Of a stretch of DNA of 32,000 nt, positions 15,798 through 25,373 are shown piece by piece (the first letter of the stretch is position 1; each line of letters opens with the position of its first letter). Source of the DNA: Pirellula staleyi DSM 6068 (lineage in GTDB: Bacteria > Planctomycetota > Planctomycetia > Pirellulales > Pirellulaceae). The notes under the pieces were generated by a model. It had not been told where the DNA came from. It was given only the letters and a program-made list of their open reading frames with translations, and ran no database searches. The position numbers were made by a program, and so were the translations under genes. The stretch is from assembly GCA_000025185.1 (NCBI GenBank), contig CP001848.1, positions 60,001-92,000 of the forward strand. Reading direction: 5' to 3'.

Positions 15798-18700
15798 ATG
15801 GAAAAGCCGACCTTCTTCGCTCGCCGCTCGATCCTCATCTTGATGATCGTGTTCTTCCTCGTTCCCTTTGCGCTGCGTGGGGCCCGCCTCGCCATTCAAG
15901 GGATGAAGAACGACATCAAGGACTGGCTGCCAGCCGAGTTCCAGGAAACTGCTGAACTCGATTGGTTCCGCAAGTACTTCATGAGCGAACAGTTCATCGT
16001 GGTCAGCTGGGAAGACTGCCACGGCGATGCCGACGACGAGCGCTTTAAGCTGTTTGTCGCCAAGCTGATGCCGGAACTCCCTCCCTCGCAGCAACCTGCT
16101 GAGCCTGCCGAAGGTGAAGAGCCAACCGTCGAACAAGTCGCTGCTGAAGTGGCTGCCGACGAAGAAGCGGTCCGCAATCCAACACGCATGCTCGAGCGCG
16201 CCGATTTTATCGGCGACCAACTCGGTCTCTACATCCCCGGCGGCGCAGAAGAGTTCAACAACTGGGGTGAACTCAACGAAAAATGGCTCAAGGGGCTCAA
16301 GACCCTCGAGACCACCAATAACAACGAATGCTGGTACTACATCACCCCCGAAGGCGACCTCTACCGCTGGGAAGGTGTCGATGCCCCGGTCGCTACGCTC
16401 GGCCGCTGGCTCTACCGCTCGCTCGTCACGAAAAAGACCGAAGGAACACTCGTCTATTCCTTCGGGAAAACCGACGGACCTTGGTACTACGAGAACCCCA
16501 AGCGACTTCGCGCTCAGCTGTTCAAATCGCTCACCACCGGGCCTGATGTGCTCGAAAGCCTGACGCGTGATGGTGGCGAACTCGCCGGGGATGAAGAAGA
16601 GGCGATGCGCCGCCTGGCTGGCAACTTGTTTGGCCCCGATGGCAAGCAAACCTGCCTCACCCTCACCCTCACCCCCGCTGCGAAACGCAACCTGCACCTC
16701 GCCATTGGCCGTGGGTTGCTCGGCAAACCACGTGGTCAGTTGTTCGAAATTGCTCAGCAGTCGAACATCTCCGAAGCGGAACTTCGTCTCGGTGGTCCAC
16801 CCGTTGATAACGTGGCGATCGACGAAGAAGGCTCGATCACCCTCTTCCGCCTTGTCGGCTACACCGCCATCCTCGGCATCACACTGTCGCTGATCTGCTT
16901 CCGCAGCATCACGGCGACAGTCATGATTTTCTTTATCGGCGGCATTTCCGCCGTGATGTGCCTCGCGTTTGTGTGGTGGCTCGGCAGCAGTGTCGACGCC
17001 ATCATGATGTCGATGCCAGCTCTGGTGTACGTCTTAGGACTCTCCGGGGCGGCGCATATCATGAACTATTATCAGGAAGCGATCGACGAGCACGGCTACG
17101 AGGGTGCTTGCGAACGGGCTATCGCGCACGGCTGGAAGCCAGCCCTGATGTGCAACATCACCACCGCCATCGGCCTGGTGTCGCTCTACACCAGCGAACT
17201 GATTCCGATCCAAAAGTTCGGTATCTACTCCGCGATTGGTGTGATGGCGACCCTGCTGGTGCTGTTCACTTACCTTCCCGCCGCGCTCTACATCTGGCCG
17301 CAGAAACAGCGTAAGAAACTTGCTAGTGGTGCCGCAGAGCCCTCGAAACTCGACAGCTACCTCACCAGCTTTTGGCAGTCGTTTGGTGGTTTCATCATTC
17401 GCTATCACAACACGGTCGCCGTGCTCTGCGTGCTGGTGATCATTGGGGTCGGCTATGGCCTGACCGAAATGCGTACGAGTGTGAACTTGCTCCGCATGTT
17501 CCACAGCGAAGCCAAGATCATTAAAGACTACGAATGGCTCGAAGCCAACCTCGGCAGGCTCGTGCCGATGGAAGTGGTGGTGAAGATCCCGAAGGATCAG
17601 CAGCGTGCTCCGCTCGACGATCTCAAGGGAGTTGCCAACGAACAAGTGCAGCTGCCATTCCTCGATCGTATGGAGCTCGCTTATCGCGTGCAGCGTACGA
17701 TCGAAAGTGAATTCGGCGACGATGGCCAGGGGATTCTCGGAACAGCGATTTCGGCCGCCACCTTTGTGCGACCACTTCCACAAGCTTCCGGCAGTGCGCT
17801 TTCGGCACGTGGCACGATTGGTGGCCGGCTCGAGGCACACCGTGGCGACTTCCTGAAGACCGACTATCTGAAAGTCGACGACTCCGACAACAGTGAACTG
17901 TGGCGTGTCAGCTTGCGACTGAGTGCGACCGATTCGGTCGACTACGGCGCGTTTGTCACCGACCTCAAGTCGGCTGTCGAGCCCGTGCTCAGTGCGCAGC
18001 GTTATCGCGACAACATCATGCAGTCGATCATCGTCGACCGCGAAGGTGGCCGCACGGCTGGTGCTCGCGTGCTGCTCCTCGGAGCCACGATTCCGCCCCC
18101 TGCCAAAAAGGCACAAGCAGCCGAAGAAGAGGAAATCGATCCTACCGAACTCAGTTCGGCCGATCGGGCTGAAATGGAAGCTGCGAAAGCAGCCGCCAGT
18201 GCCAAAGCGACCTTAGCCGCCGATTCTCCGAAGAAAGCGAACGCCAAGGCCTCGATCAAAACCGATCACCACGTTGACCAGACCGCCATCTTCTCGCGAA
18301 CACTTCGTGACATGCTGGTCGGGGCTCGTCTGCGTGTGAATATGGCCGACACCCTTGCTCCAGCAGAGCTCGAAAAAGCTCTCGCCGATTGCGACGTGGT
18401 GGTGCTCGTCGGGAGCGATAAGACCTATCCTCTCGATGCCATCAACCAGTCGGGAAAGCGGATGATCGATGCTCGGGAACATCAGTTTGCTGGCATGGAC
18501 ATCGCCACGATGGTTGCCAAGGGAGATGTGCCACGGGCAACTTCGGCCATCTACACCGGCGTGGTTCCGATTGTGTACAAAGCCCAGCGCTCGCTCCTTG
18601 ATAGCTTGATCGAAAGCACCTTCTGGTCGGTCCTGACCATCTCGCCGCTGATGATGTTCCTGGCTCGCGCCATCGACACCACCAGCACGCTCACGATCAT

Positions 18701-19454
18701 CAAAACCACCATCACGAGCATCGGTGCCGGTGGCGTCGCGATGCTGCCGAACGTTTTGCCAGTGGTGATGGTGTTCGGTGGTATGGGTTGGCTGGGGATC
18801 GAAGTCGATGTCGGTTCAATGATGACCGCGAGTATTGCGCTCGGTGTGGCGGTCGACGATACGATTCACTATCTCAACTGGTTCCGCGAGGAACTCGATA
18901 AACAAGGGGATCGCAAACTGGCGATCCTAGCTGCTTACAAACATTGCGCCACACCGACGCTGCAAGCCGCGACGATCAGCGGGCTGGGCCTCAGCGTGTT
19001 CGCTGCCAGCACGTTTACTCCGACGCAGCGATTCGGCTACCTGATGCTTACCATCTTGTGGCTCGGTGTCGTCGCTGAACTGATCTTCTTCCCTGCTCTG
19101 CTGGCTGGTCCTCTCGGGGCGTTCTTCCAGCCACGCAAGTACAAGAAGAAGGACGAAGGATCGACCGGTCCATCCACTGCCGCATCCCCGCTGAAGCTCA
19201 AATCGCTCGAGAAGAGCGAAGAAGAACTCGATGCTGTGGTGACTCCCGCGATTGCGAAGCTGAGCGTCTACAAGGAAGTCGATCCACCGGCGAGCATGCT
19301 CGCTGAAGAGTCCAAACCGATCAACAGCCTGGATACTCCCGTGGCCGATCCTTCCAGTGCGCTCGACGACGAAGAGTCGGTCGTTCCACCCAGCAAGTCG
19401 GCCATTTTGCGAAGCCTGCGGCACGATCCTTCGCATCGCAATCGGAAGCGTTAA
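15798..19454 (+). CDS. RND-superfamily exporter of the MMPL/COG1033 type (1218 aa)
   Basis: ORF 15690..19454. The ATG at 15798 (MEKPTFFARRSILILMIVFFLVPF) is followed directly by TM1. There are two large extracytoplasmic loops, each followed by a TM bundle (LFRLVGYTAILGITLSLICFRS ... and FWSVLTISPLMMFLARA ... IALGVAVDDTIHYLNWF), which is the typical duplicated RND/MMPL topology. Confidence 0.85.
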   Translation: MEKPTFFARRSILILMIVFFLVPFALRGARLAIQGMKNDIKDWLPAEFQETAELDWFRKYFMSEQFIVVSWEDCHGDADDERFKLFVAKLMPELPPSQQPAEPAEGEEPTVEQVAAEVAADEEAVRNPTRMLERADFIGDQLGLYIPGGAEEFNNWGELNEKWLKGLKTLETTNNNECWYYITPEGDLYRWEGVDAPVATLGRWLYRSLVTKKTEGTLVYSFGKTDGPWYYENPKRLRAQLFKSLTTGPDVLESLTRDGGELAGDEEEAMRRLAGNLFGPDGKQTCLTLTLTPAAKRNLHLAIGRGLLGKPRGQLFEIAQQSNISEAELRLGGPPVDNVAIDEEGSITLFRLVGYTAILGITLSLICFRSITATVMIFFIGGISAVMCLAFVWWLGSSVDAIMMSMPALVYVLGLSGAAHIMNYYQEAIDEHGYEGACERAIAHGWKPALMCNITTAIGLVSLYTSELIPIQKFGIYSAIGVMATLLVLFTYLPAALYIWPQKQRKKLASGAAEPSKLDSYLTSFWQSFGGFIIRYHNTVAVLCVLVIIGVGYGLTEMRTSVNLLRMFHSEAKIIKDYEWLEANLGRLVPMEVVVKIPKDQQRAPLDDLKGVANEQVQLPFLDRMELAYRVQRTIESEFGDDGQGILGTAISAATFVRPLPQASGSALSARGTIGGRLEAHRGDFLKTDYLKVDDSDNSELWRVSLRLSATDSVDYGAFVTDLKSAVEPVLSAQRYRDNIMQSIIVDREGGRTAGARVLLLGATIPPPAKKAQAAEEEEIDPTELSSADRAEMEAAKAAASAKATLAADSPKKANAKASIKTDHHVDQTAIFSRTLRDMLVGARLRVNMADTLAPAELEKALADCDVVVLVGSDKTYPLDAINQSGKRMIDAREHQFAGMDIATMVAKGDVPRATSAIYTGVVPIVYKAQRSLLDSLIESTFWSVLTISPLMMFLARAIDTTSTLTIIKTTITSIGAGGVAMLPNVLPVVMVFGGMGWLGIEVDVGSMMTASIALGVAVDDTIHYLNWFREELDKQGDRKLAILAAYKHCATPTLQAATISGLGLSVFAASTFTPTQRFGYLMLTILWLGVVAELIFFPALLAGPLGAFFQPRKYKKKDEGSTGPSTAASPLKLKSLEKSEEELDAVVTPAIAKLSVYKEVDPPASMLAEESKPINSLDTPVADPSSALDDEESVVPPSKSAILRSLRHDPSHRNRKR

Positions 19455-19469
19455 ACCGCTATGCTGAAA

Positions 19470-19498
19470 CGCACGAGCAGTAAGACCCGACTCGTGCG
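19470..19498. terminator. Hairpin between the convergent RND and fhcC genes
   Basis: cgcacgag (19470-19477) pairs with ctcgtgcg (19491-19498): an 8-bp perfect stem with the 13-nt loop cagtaagacccga. No U-tract. Confidence 0.35.
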
Positions 19499-19540
19499 CC
19501 ACCCGCGTCATCCACTGGCATTCGGGCGAGCTTGCGCGGT

Positions 19541-20362
19541 TTACAGAGCCAGTAGAAGCTCGCCCCGGCCTCCCGCCAGCAGATCCCCATGCCACATCGC
19601 CAGGGGCATGCAGAGCCGGTCGGCTGTCGCATCTAGCTCGGACGCTTGAAACTTGCGCAGCTCGCGCGCCAGTAGTTTCATCACGAGTAGTTCCTGGGTG
19701 GCTCCCGCGACAAACGTCGGGAGCATCGGCTCGCGCAGCGGCGCGAGGATAGAGATGGTGCCACGTTTCATGCCGCTCCCATGTCCCATCCCTCCACCAC
19801 TTCCGAGCACGATCGTTCCCGCGAGCATCCGAAAGCCGGCATAGTCGCCACTGGGGCCTTGGATCACCACCAGCCCACGCCGCATCGCTTCGCCGGTCCG
19901 TCGACCAGCGGCTCCCTGTACGAGAATCGTGCCGCCGCGCATGCCACGCGTGGAGCCGGGCAAAGCACCAGCGGTAAAGTCGCCAGCATTGCCGCGCACT
20001 CGAATCACCCCGCCACGCATGTCGCAGCCGAGGTAGTCGCCCACATCCCCGTGCACTTCGAGCGATCCCCCGCGCATCGATTGCCCTGCATGCCGGCCAA
20101 GATTTCCCTCGGCCCGAATGGTGCCCTGCGTCATCCCTTGTCCCACAGAATGTCCGCGCGAGAAATCGCCGCGCAGTAGAAGCGTCAGATCATCGGCCGC
20201 ACTTCCGCTGACGTGAAACAACTCTTCGAGCGGCAGCATCTGCCTACCCAATCGCACCCGGCAATCAGCCACCGCTACAGCCGACGTCAGCTTCTCGGGA
20301 AGCACAGCCGCAAGATCGATTGCGAGTGGGAGTGGAGCACGAGGCTCGAGTACGAGAGGCAT
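19541..20362 (-). CDS. fhcC: Formylmethanofuran dehydrogenase subunit C family protein (FwdC/FhcC)
   Basis: 273 aa, ATG at 20362. Tandem GxxGxxxG beta-helix repeats characteristic of FwdC and the GltB C-terminal domain: GNLGRHAGQSMRGGSLEVHGDVGDYLGCDMRGGVIRVRGNAGDFTAGA ... MRGGTILVQGAAGRRTGEAMRRGLVVIQGPSGDYAGFRMLAGTIVL. Confidence 0.85.
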   Translation of the reverse strand: MPLVLEPRAPLPLAIDLAAVLPEKLTSAVAVADCRVRLGRQMLPLEELFHVSGSAADDLTLLLRGDFSRGHSVGQGMTQGTIRAEGNLGRHAGQSMRGGSLEVHGDVGDYLGCDMRGGVIRVRGNAGDFTAGALPGSTRGMRGGTILVQGAAGRRTGEAMRRGLVVIQGPSGDYAGFRMLAGTIVLGSGGGMGHGSGMKRGTISILAPLREPMLPTFVAGATQELLVMKLLARELRKFQASELDATADRLCMPLAMWHGDLLAGGRGELLLAL

Positions 20363-20420
20363 CGCTCAATCTTTCCAAGTTTCATCGATCGGTCCGGAAC
20401 GGAGTGCCAGCGTCGACTAG

Positions 20421-20426
20421 TATAAT
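20421..20426 (+). promoter_or_regulatory. Perfect TATAAT hexamer in the fhcC-mobA divergent region
   Basis: tataat at 20421-20426, 84 nt upstream of the mobA GTG. No convincing -35 element at 16-18 nt spacing. Confidence 0.2.
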
Positions 20427-20509
20427 TCTTCCAGCGAATCGAGAATGCGCGGTATCGGATCAATTCCCTCGATCGCACACCTCGCATCCCCCTCTGGAAT
20501 GCCACCAAC

Positions 20510-21217
20510 GTGCCCCACACATCTCGACGCGCGAATCTCGCAGCCATTGTGCTGCTCGGGGGAAAAAGCAGTCGCATGCAGCGCGACAAAGCAGCACTGG
20601 TCGTCGGAAAACTTTCGCTGCTGGCCCGTGTGGTGAAAGCGGTTGCTCCGCTCGCCGAGCATCTGATCCTGGTCGATTCCCCCGACAAGCAGCACGACGC
20701 GATCAGCGCGCGACAAGCGCTCCTTGAGCCACTGCTTGCCGATGATCAGGCGCTGCTTTCGCGCACGTCGCTAGTACACGATACGGTTTGGCACGAAGGT
20801 CCCCTGGCCGGGATTCAGGCGGGCCTTGCAGCCGCTCAGCAAGTCGCCGAGTTGGCATTCATCACCAGCTGCGATGTTCCGCTGCTGCAAACGAGTCTGG
20901 TCGAACTACTCGTCGACACGCTGATCTGCCCCCCTCCGCCCCACGAACAATCACAAGCTTACGACGCGGCGATTCCCGAAATCGGTGGCCAGATGCAGCC
21001 TCTCACGGCGGTCTATCGCACGGCGCTGGCAGCCTCGGCGGCGGCGAACTTTGCAGCGGGAAATCGCCGGGTAAAAACTTGGGCCGAGTCGCTGCGCTGG
21101 CTCGCGGTTAACGAGCCGGCATTACGCGCCGCTGACAAAGATCTGCGTTCGCTGAAGAACATCAACACGCCCAATCAGCTGCACGAAATCGAGTCGCTGC
21201 TCGAGCGCGAAGACTAA
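20510..21217 (+). CDS. mobA: Molybdenum cofactor guanylyltransferase (MobA-like NTP transferase)
   Basis: GTG start at 20510. N-terminal AAIVLLGGKSSRMQRDKAAL matches the LAGGxSxRMGxDK motif. Also EGPLAGIQAGL and FITSCDVPLL (CDxP block). At 235 aa it is somewhat longer than typical MobA. Confidence 0.75.
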   Translation: MPHTSRRANLAAIVLLGGKSSRMQRDKAALVVGKLSLLARVVKAVAPLAEHLILVDSPDKQHDAISARQALLEPLLADDQALLSRTSLVHDTVWHEGPLAGIQAGLAAAQQVAELAFITSCDVPLLQTSLVELLVDTLICPPPPHEQSQAYDAAIPEIGGQMQPLTAVYRTALAASAAANFAAGNRRVKTWAESLRWLAVNEPALRAADKDLRSLKNINTPNQLHEIESLLERED

Positions 21218-21229
21218 GAGCGCTATCGC

Positions 21230-22924
21230 CTAACGCACGCTGGTCGTATGCGACTTCTTCGCCGCCGTAGCCGAGGAAGCTGCCGCTGTGGCTGCAGCGG
21301 GCGGAACCATGATGAAACCGATCTGCACGGGAGGAACCTCTCCGATTGCGTGCGTGGCAACCTCCAGCTTGGGGAGCACAATCGCGTGAGGGAAACGCTG
21401 CTGCATTTCTTCAACGGTGGGAAACGGTCGACGGATTTTGCTGGAATGCTCGCGCTTGCGCAGCGCTTCATCCCACACGATCACGCCACCACGGGTGGCC
21501 AGCTCTTCGTCGCTACTCCAGGGTGCAATTTCGGAGTCGAGATCGCCGTAAACGGTGTACGGCTGCTCGGCAAAATGAGCCACATTTCCGGCGGTCCACC
21601 ACTCGCCAGCGATCACTGCCGGCTGACAGCCAAACGCTTCGTGATAGCGATCCAGCACCTGCTGCGAAATCGCTTCGCCCGGAAAATGGACCCGTGTCGG
21701 ACGCCCATGCATCACCGGCGCAAACGTGTTGCGAACAGTTGCTGCTAGCAAAAACAGGCATCCCATCGCGACTGCAGAAACCATGACACGCTGACAAGCT
21801 TGAGCCGATGCCAGTCGACTGACCAGCGCCAGCCAGGCAACTCCCACGAAGGTCATGAGCGGACCACCCCACATGCTCCGAATACTTACGCCGGTGATGG
21901 CCGACGCCAGGAAATAGATGGCCATCGGCAACAGCACCACGGCAATCAGGTACTGCTGAGCAAAACGAATCTGCTCGACCGGAAGGTCGTCGCGCACAGC
22001 AGCTGGCAGAGGCGTTTCGGAAGCAGCGCTCGCCAATTGCACGCGCGATCGCCACCAGGTCCAGGTGGTGATCGGCACCGCCAAGAGGAGCATCGGGCCA
22101 AACGCGGGAAATTGTTCGAGGATGAACCGAAAAGGCCGCTCCACGTGATTGGACCAGTGCGAATCGACATCCCCTCGGTCGAAGATGTAGTCGATCGTCA
22201 TGAAGTCGGTCGCCACCATCCAGCCGACGTGCGGAGCAAAGATCGCGAGTGCCACGATCGCCGTAAGATAAGGTCCACTCGTTCGTAGCAAGCTGCGTGT
22301 TTTGACATGCGCGATGGCGAAACCGAGCATCGAGACAACCAGCACCGCCATGTAGTATTTGCTGAGCATACCGAGCCCGAGCCAGACACCCAGAAGCAGC
22401 CAGTAGCCGGTGTTCCGCCGCGTGAGAGCGAAGTACATCGTCAGGACCGAAAGGGCCCAGAATGGGCGGCAGGTGATCGTGTGATTGAGATCAGTCGTGG
22501 TGAAGTTGTAGTAATGCGATGCTTCGAGCAGCATCGCGCCGGCGAGTGCTGGCCATGGCTTGAGGATTTCGCGTCCCATGCGCCAGGCGGCCCAGATGCT
22601 CGTCATCGTCAGGAGCTGCGCGACGAAATAAATCGGCCAACTGACGTCGCCAAACAGTTCGTTGAGCCCACGCGCAATCCACGCTGGCATTGGTGGATGC
22701 TTGTAGTAGCCCCATTCCAGGTGCGCCCCCCACGACAGCATTTCCATGATGTCGAGCGTCGGGTTTGGTTGGGTGAGGGTTGCTAGCACGGTCCAAGCGA
22801 CCACATGCAGCGCCGCAAAGCACCAAAAGAGACGTGTGGTGATCGCGCGCTCCTCTTCCGCTCCCAGCAAGTGAGTTTGGCTGGCGATTTCCATCACATC
22901 ATTGCTAGCTGCGCGCACGCTCAT
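21230..22924 (-). CDS. GT-C fold glycosyltransferase, ArnT/PMT (family 39-like) membrane protein
   Basis: ATG at 22924 with ccAGGAGAattcctcgATG upstream. About 11-12 predicted hydrophobic helices. Loop motif EWGYYKHPPMPAWIARG is typical of ArnT/PMT_2 enzymes. Soluble C-terminal domain of about 190 aa. Confidence 0.8.
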   Translation of the reverse strand: MSVRAASNDVMEIASQTHLLGAEEERAITTRLFWCFAALHVVAWTVLATLTQPNPTLDIMEMLSWGAHLEWGYYKHPPMPAWIARGLNELFGDVSWPIYFVAQLLTMTSIWAAWRMGREILKPWPALAGAMLLEASHYYNFTTTDLNHTITCRPFWALSVLTMYFALTRRNTGYWLLLGVWLGLGMLSKYYMAVLVVSMLGFAIAHVKTRSLLRTSGPYLTAIVALAIFAPHVGWMVATDFMTIDYIFDRGDVDSHWSNHVERPFRFILEQFPAFGPMLLLAVPITTWTWWRSRVQLASAASETPLPAAVRDDLPVEQIRFAQQYLIAVVLLPMAIYFLASAITGVSIRSMWGGPLMTFVGVAWLALVSRLASAQACQRVMVSAVAMGCLFLLAATVRNTFAPVMHGRPTRVHFPGEAISQQVLDRYHEAFGCQPAVIAGEWWTAGNVAHFAEQPYTVYGDLDSEIAPWSSDEELATRGGVIVWDEALRKREHSSKIRRPFPTVEEMQQRFPHAIVLPKLEVATHAIGEVPPVQIGFIMVPPAAATAAASSATAAKKSHTTSVR

Positions 22925-22998
22925 CGAGGAATTCTCCTGGAGGGAATGCAGGCTTCTACCGCAGCTCGTAGTTTTGGGTCAATCCCAATCAGGGGGTG

Positions 22999-24651
22999 CT
23001 ACTCGACCATCACCCGGTCGGGAACTTCATCGTCGCGGATGGCAAACGAACGGGGCGAGACGGTGCTGTATTGCCGCAAATAGTTCGTGGCATGCGTCTC
23101 AATCGCCGCATCGAACTGCGGCGCGGCATGAATCGTCTTCCCGAACACCACGTGCCGCAAATCCCCTTCTTCCACCAAGATTTCGCCCCCTTTGATCACA
23201 AACCGAGGGAGCGAGAACATCTGCTGTTTGTCGGCGTGCGGAGTATAGATCGTGATGTCGGCATCAGCTCCGATTCCCAGATGTCCCTTGTGAGCAAGTC
23301 CCAGCATGCGCGCCGGCGCAGCGCGGGTGATAATCGCAATCTCTTCGAGCGTATATTCTCGCGCGAGATCCTTCAGCTGCGTCCGTTTCAAAAGCTCTTC
23401 GGGACATTTGGCGAGCACTTCGTCGCGATAGCTGCGGTCCATCAGCAAACGGATGATCTCCGGATAAGCGAGGAACGAACCGCCGTTGGGATGATCGGTG
23501 CTCATGGCCACTTGCCACGGATCGCGAATCATTAGGTACCACTCGAGCCCGATCGCCCACTGCAGCGCGTGCACGAGCGATTTGTTGCGGTAGGTCATCG
23601 GCGAGACACCACATCCCGACTCAAGTTCCAAATCGCTGCTGAACCATTTACTCCCTGTGAGATTGGCCAGGAAATAGCCCACCGGTCCATCTCCGGTCAT
23701 GCTCGTGGTTTCACCAAACATCACTTGCCCCACATCAACCGTGATGTTGGCATGTGCGTTCACGTATTCGGCCAAAGGCTCGACCTGACTCCGGAGCGTA
23801 TGCTCCTCGGCACTCCCGCCGCCATAGCTATGAAACTGAGCATGCGTGAAATGAGCTCGCATCCCTTCCATGCTCTTCATCGATTCGAGGGTCGTGCGCC
23901 AATTGCCGGGCATCCCGAGTTCGTTGCAGTGCACATGCAGTGGATGAGGGAGCGACAGCGCATTGGCAGCGCGGGCGAGCGATTGCAAGATTTGCCGAGG
24001 CGAAACACCAAACGGATCGCACGGTTCGTCGAGACCAGTTGCGTTGCCGGTCGGTCGATGTTTCCAAACTTCGACACCACCAGCGTTGACGACTTTCGGC
24101 GCGTAGGCTTTGGTGCTCTTCAGGAGCCAACCGAGAAAATCGCGTAGCTGCTCCTGCTCGCCCGATTGGATCGCTTCGAGGATGAAATGATTGTTCCCCA
24201 CCAGAGCAAAAAAGCCTCGATCGATGCACGGTGTATCGGCCAGTTCCTCGTGGGCATGCCGCGCGCCGAGCGGAGAAATTGCGGCGTCCATCGCGGTCGT
24301 ATAACCCAGTCCAGCATAGCGATAGCCGGTGATGAACGTGCTGGGACAACTCCCGAGCGTACCACTCCTCAAAAGCTCGGTCGCGCTGCAACCGATCGCC
24401 GAACGATCCTCGGGACGCATGCAGCGCGACGTATTCACCTTGCCACCCGCGATGTGGCAATGCATATCCACGCCACCCGGCATCACCACGAGCCCCGACG
24501 CATCGATCACCCGACTCGGCAGTGTGCCGGAACTGGTGGGAGGCTCGACAACCTTTCCCCCCTCGATCCAAACATCGCGCACTTCACCCGCAATCCGGTG
24601 AGCCGGATCATAAAGGGTGCCGCCACGGATAAGGGTATAGCTGGATGTCAT
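22999..24651 (-). CDS. fhcA: Formylmethanofuran dehydrogenase subunit A family amidohydrolase (FwdA/FhcA)
   Basis: ORF 22999..24675. Preferred ATG at 24651 (MTSSYTLIRGGTLYDPAHRIAGEVRDVWIEGGKVV, a typical FwdA N-terminus); an alternative ATG lies at 24675. Metal-binding motif PGGVDMHCHIAGG. 550 aa. Confidence 0.85.
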   Translation of the reverse strand: MTSSYTLIRGGTLYDPAHRIAGEVRDVWIEGGKVVEPPTSSGTLPSRVIDASGLVVMPGGVDMHCHIAGGKVNTSRCMRPEDRSAIGCSATELLRSGTLGSCPSTFITGYRYAGLGYTTAMDAAISPLGARHAHEELADTPCIDRGFFALVGNNHFILEAIQSGEQEQLRDFLGWLLKSTKAYAPKVVNAGGVEVWKHRPTGNATGLDEPCDPFGVSPRQILQSLARAANALSLPHPLHVHCNELGMPGNWRTTLESMKSMEGMRAHFTHAQFHSYGGGSAEEHTLRSQVEPLAEYVNAHANITVDVGQVMFGETTSMTGDGPVGYFLANLTGSKWFSSDLELESGCGVSPMTYRNKSLVHALQWAIGLEWYLMIRDPWQVAMSTDHPNGGSFLAYPEIIRLLMDRSYRDEVLAKCPEELLKRTQLKDLAREYTLEEIAIITRAAPARMLGLAHKGHLGIGADADITIYTPHADKQQMFSLPRFVIKGGEILVEEGDLRHVVFGKTIHAAPQFDAAIETHATNYLRQYSTVSPRSFAIRDDEVPDRVMVE

Positions 24652-24855
24652 GGCAAAATAACTTTCCCCACGCATGTCGAAACGAGCGCGGTCTGTCGCA
24701 GCGCGGCTGCCTCACGAGGCTGATCGTGTTTGCTATGATGCGTTGGCTGGCGAGTGCGAGCAACGGGTCGCACTCGGTTTCGGAAGCAAATCTTCGTAGA
24801 GCCGACCGCTCGGCGAAGTATGACAGAGACACTGTAGGAGCAAGGAACGAGAACG

Positions 24856-25350
24856 ATGCTCGACATCGCCCTGAAGCAAATTTGCTTTGCACGCGAGATC
24901 ACTTTATCGCTGCTCGATGGTCTTTCGGACGACGACTATTTTGCGATGCCCGTGGGATCGCCCACGCATATCGCTTGGCAAGTCGGACATTTGGCGATGG
25001 CCGAGTATGGGCTCTGCCTGTTTCGCATGCGTGGCCGGCAGCCTGACGATTTGCAGCTGATGCCAGGAGCGATTCGCAAAGCGTTCAGCCGAGGCTCGGT
25101 TCCCGAAGCCGATCGCTCGAAAAATCCGAGTGTCGCTGAAATTCGTGCGCTCATGACGAAGATCCACGAGCAAGTGCTGGTGGAACTCCCGGCGCTTCCG
25201 GCAGCGGTTCTCGAGGAACCGACCGAGATGCCTTATACAGCGACCCCTACGAAACTCGGCGCATTGCTCTTCTGCGCTCAGCACGAATTGCTGCATGCTG
25301 GTCAAATCGGCTTACTGCGACGGCTGCTGGGCAAACCGCCAATTCGCTAA
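24856..25350 (+). CDS. DinB-family (DinB_2-like) four-helix-bundle protein
   Basis: ATG at 24856 with aggag/aagga upstream. Conserved His pattern HIAWQVGHLAMAE ... LLFCAQHELLHAGQIGLLRR. Confidence 0.7.
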   Translation: MLDIALKQICFAREITLSLLDGLSDDDYFAMPVGSPTHIAWQVGHLAMAEYGLCLFRMRGRQPDDLQLMPGAIRKAFSRGSVPEADRSKNPSVAEIRALMTKIHEQVLVELPALPAAVLEEPTEMPYTATPTKLGALLFCAQHELLHAGQIGLLRRLLGKPPIR

Positions 25351-25373
25351 TAATCCGCTCGCCAGCGATTCCG

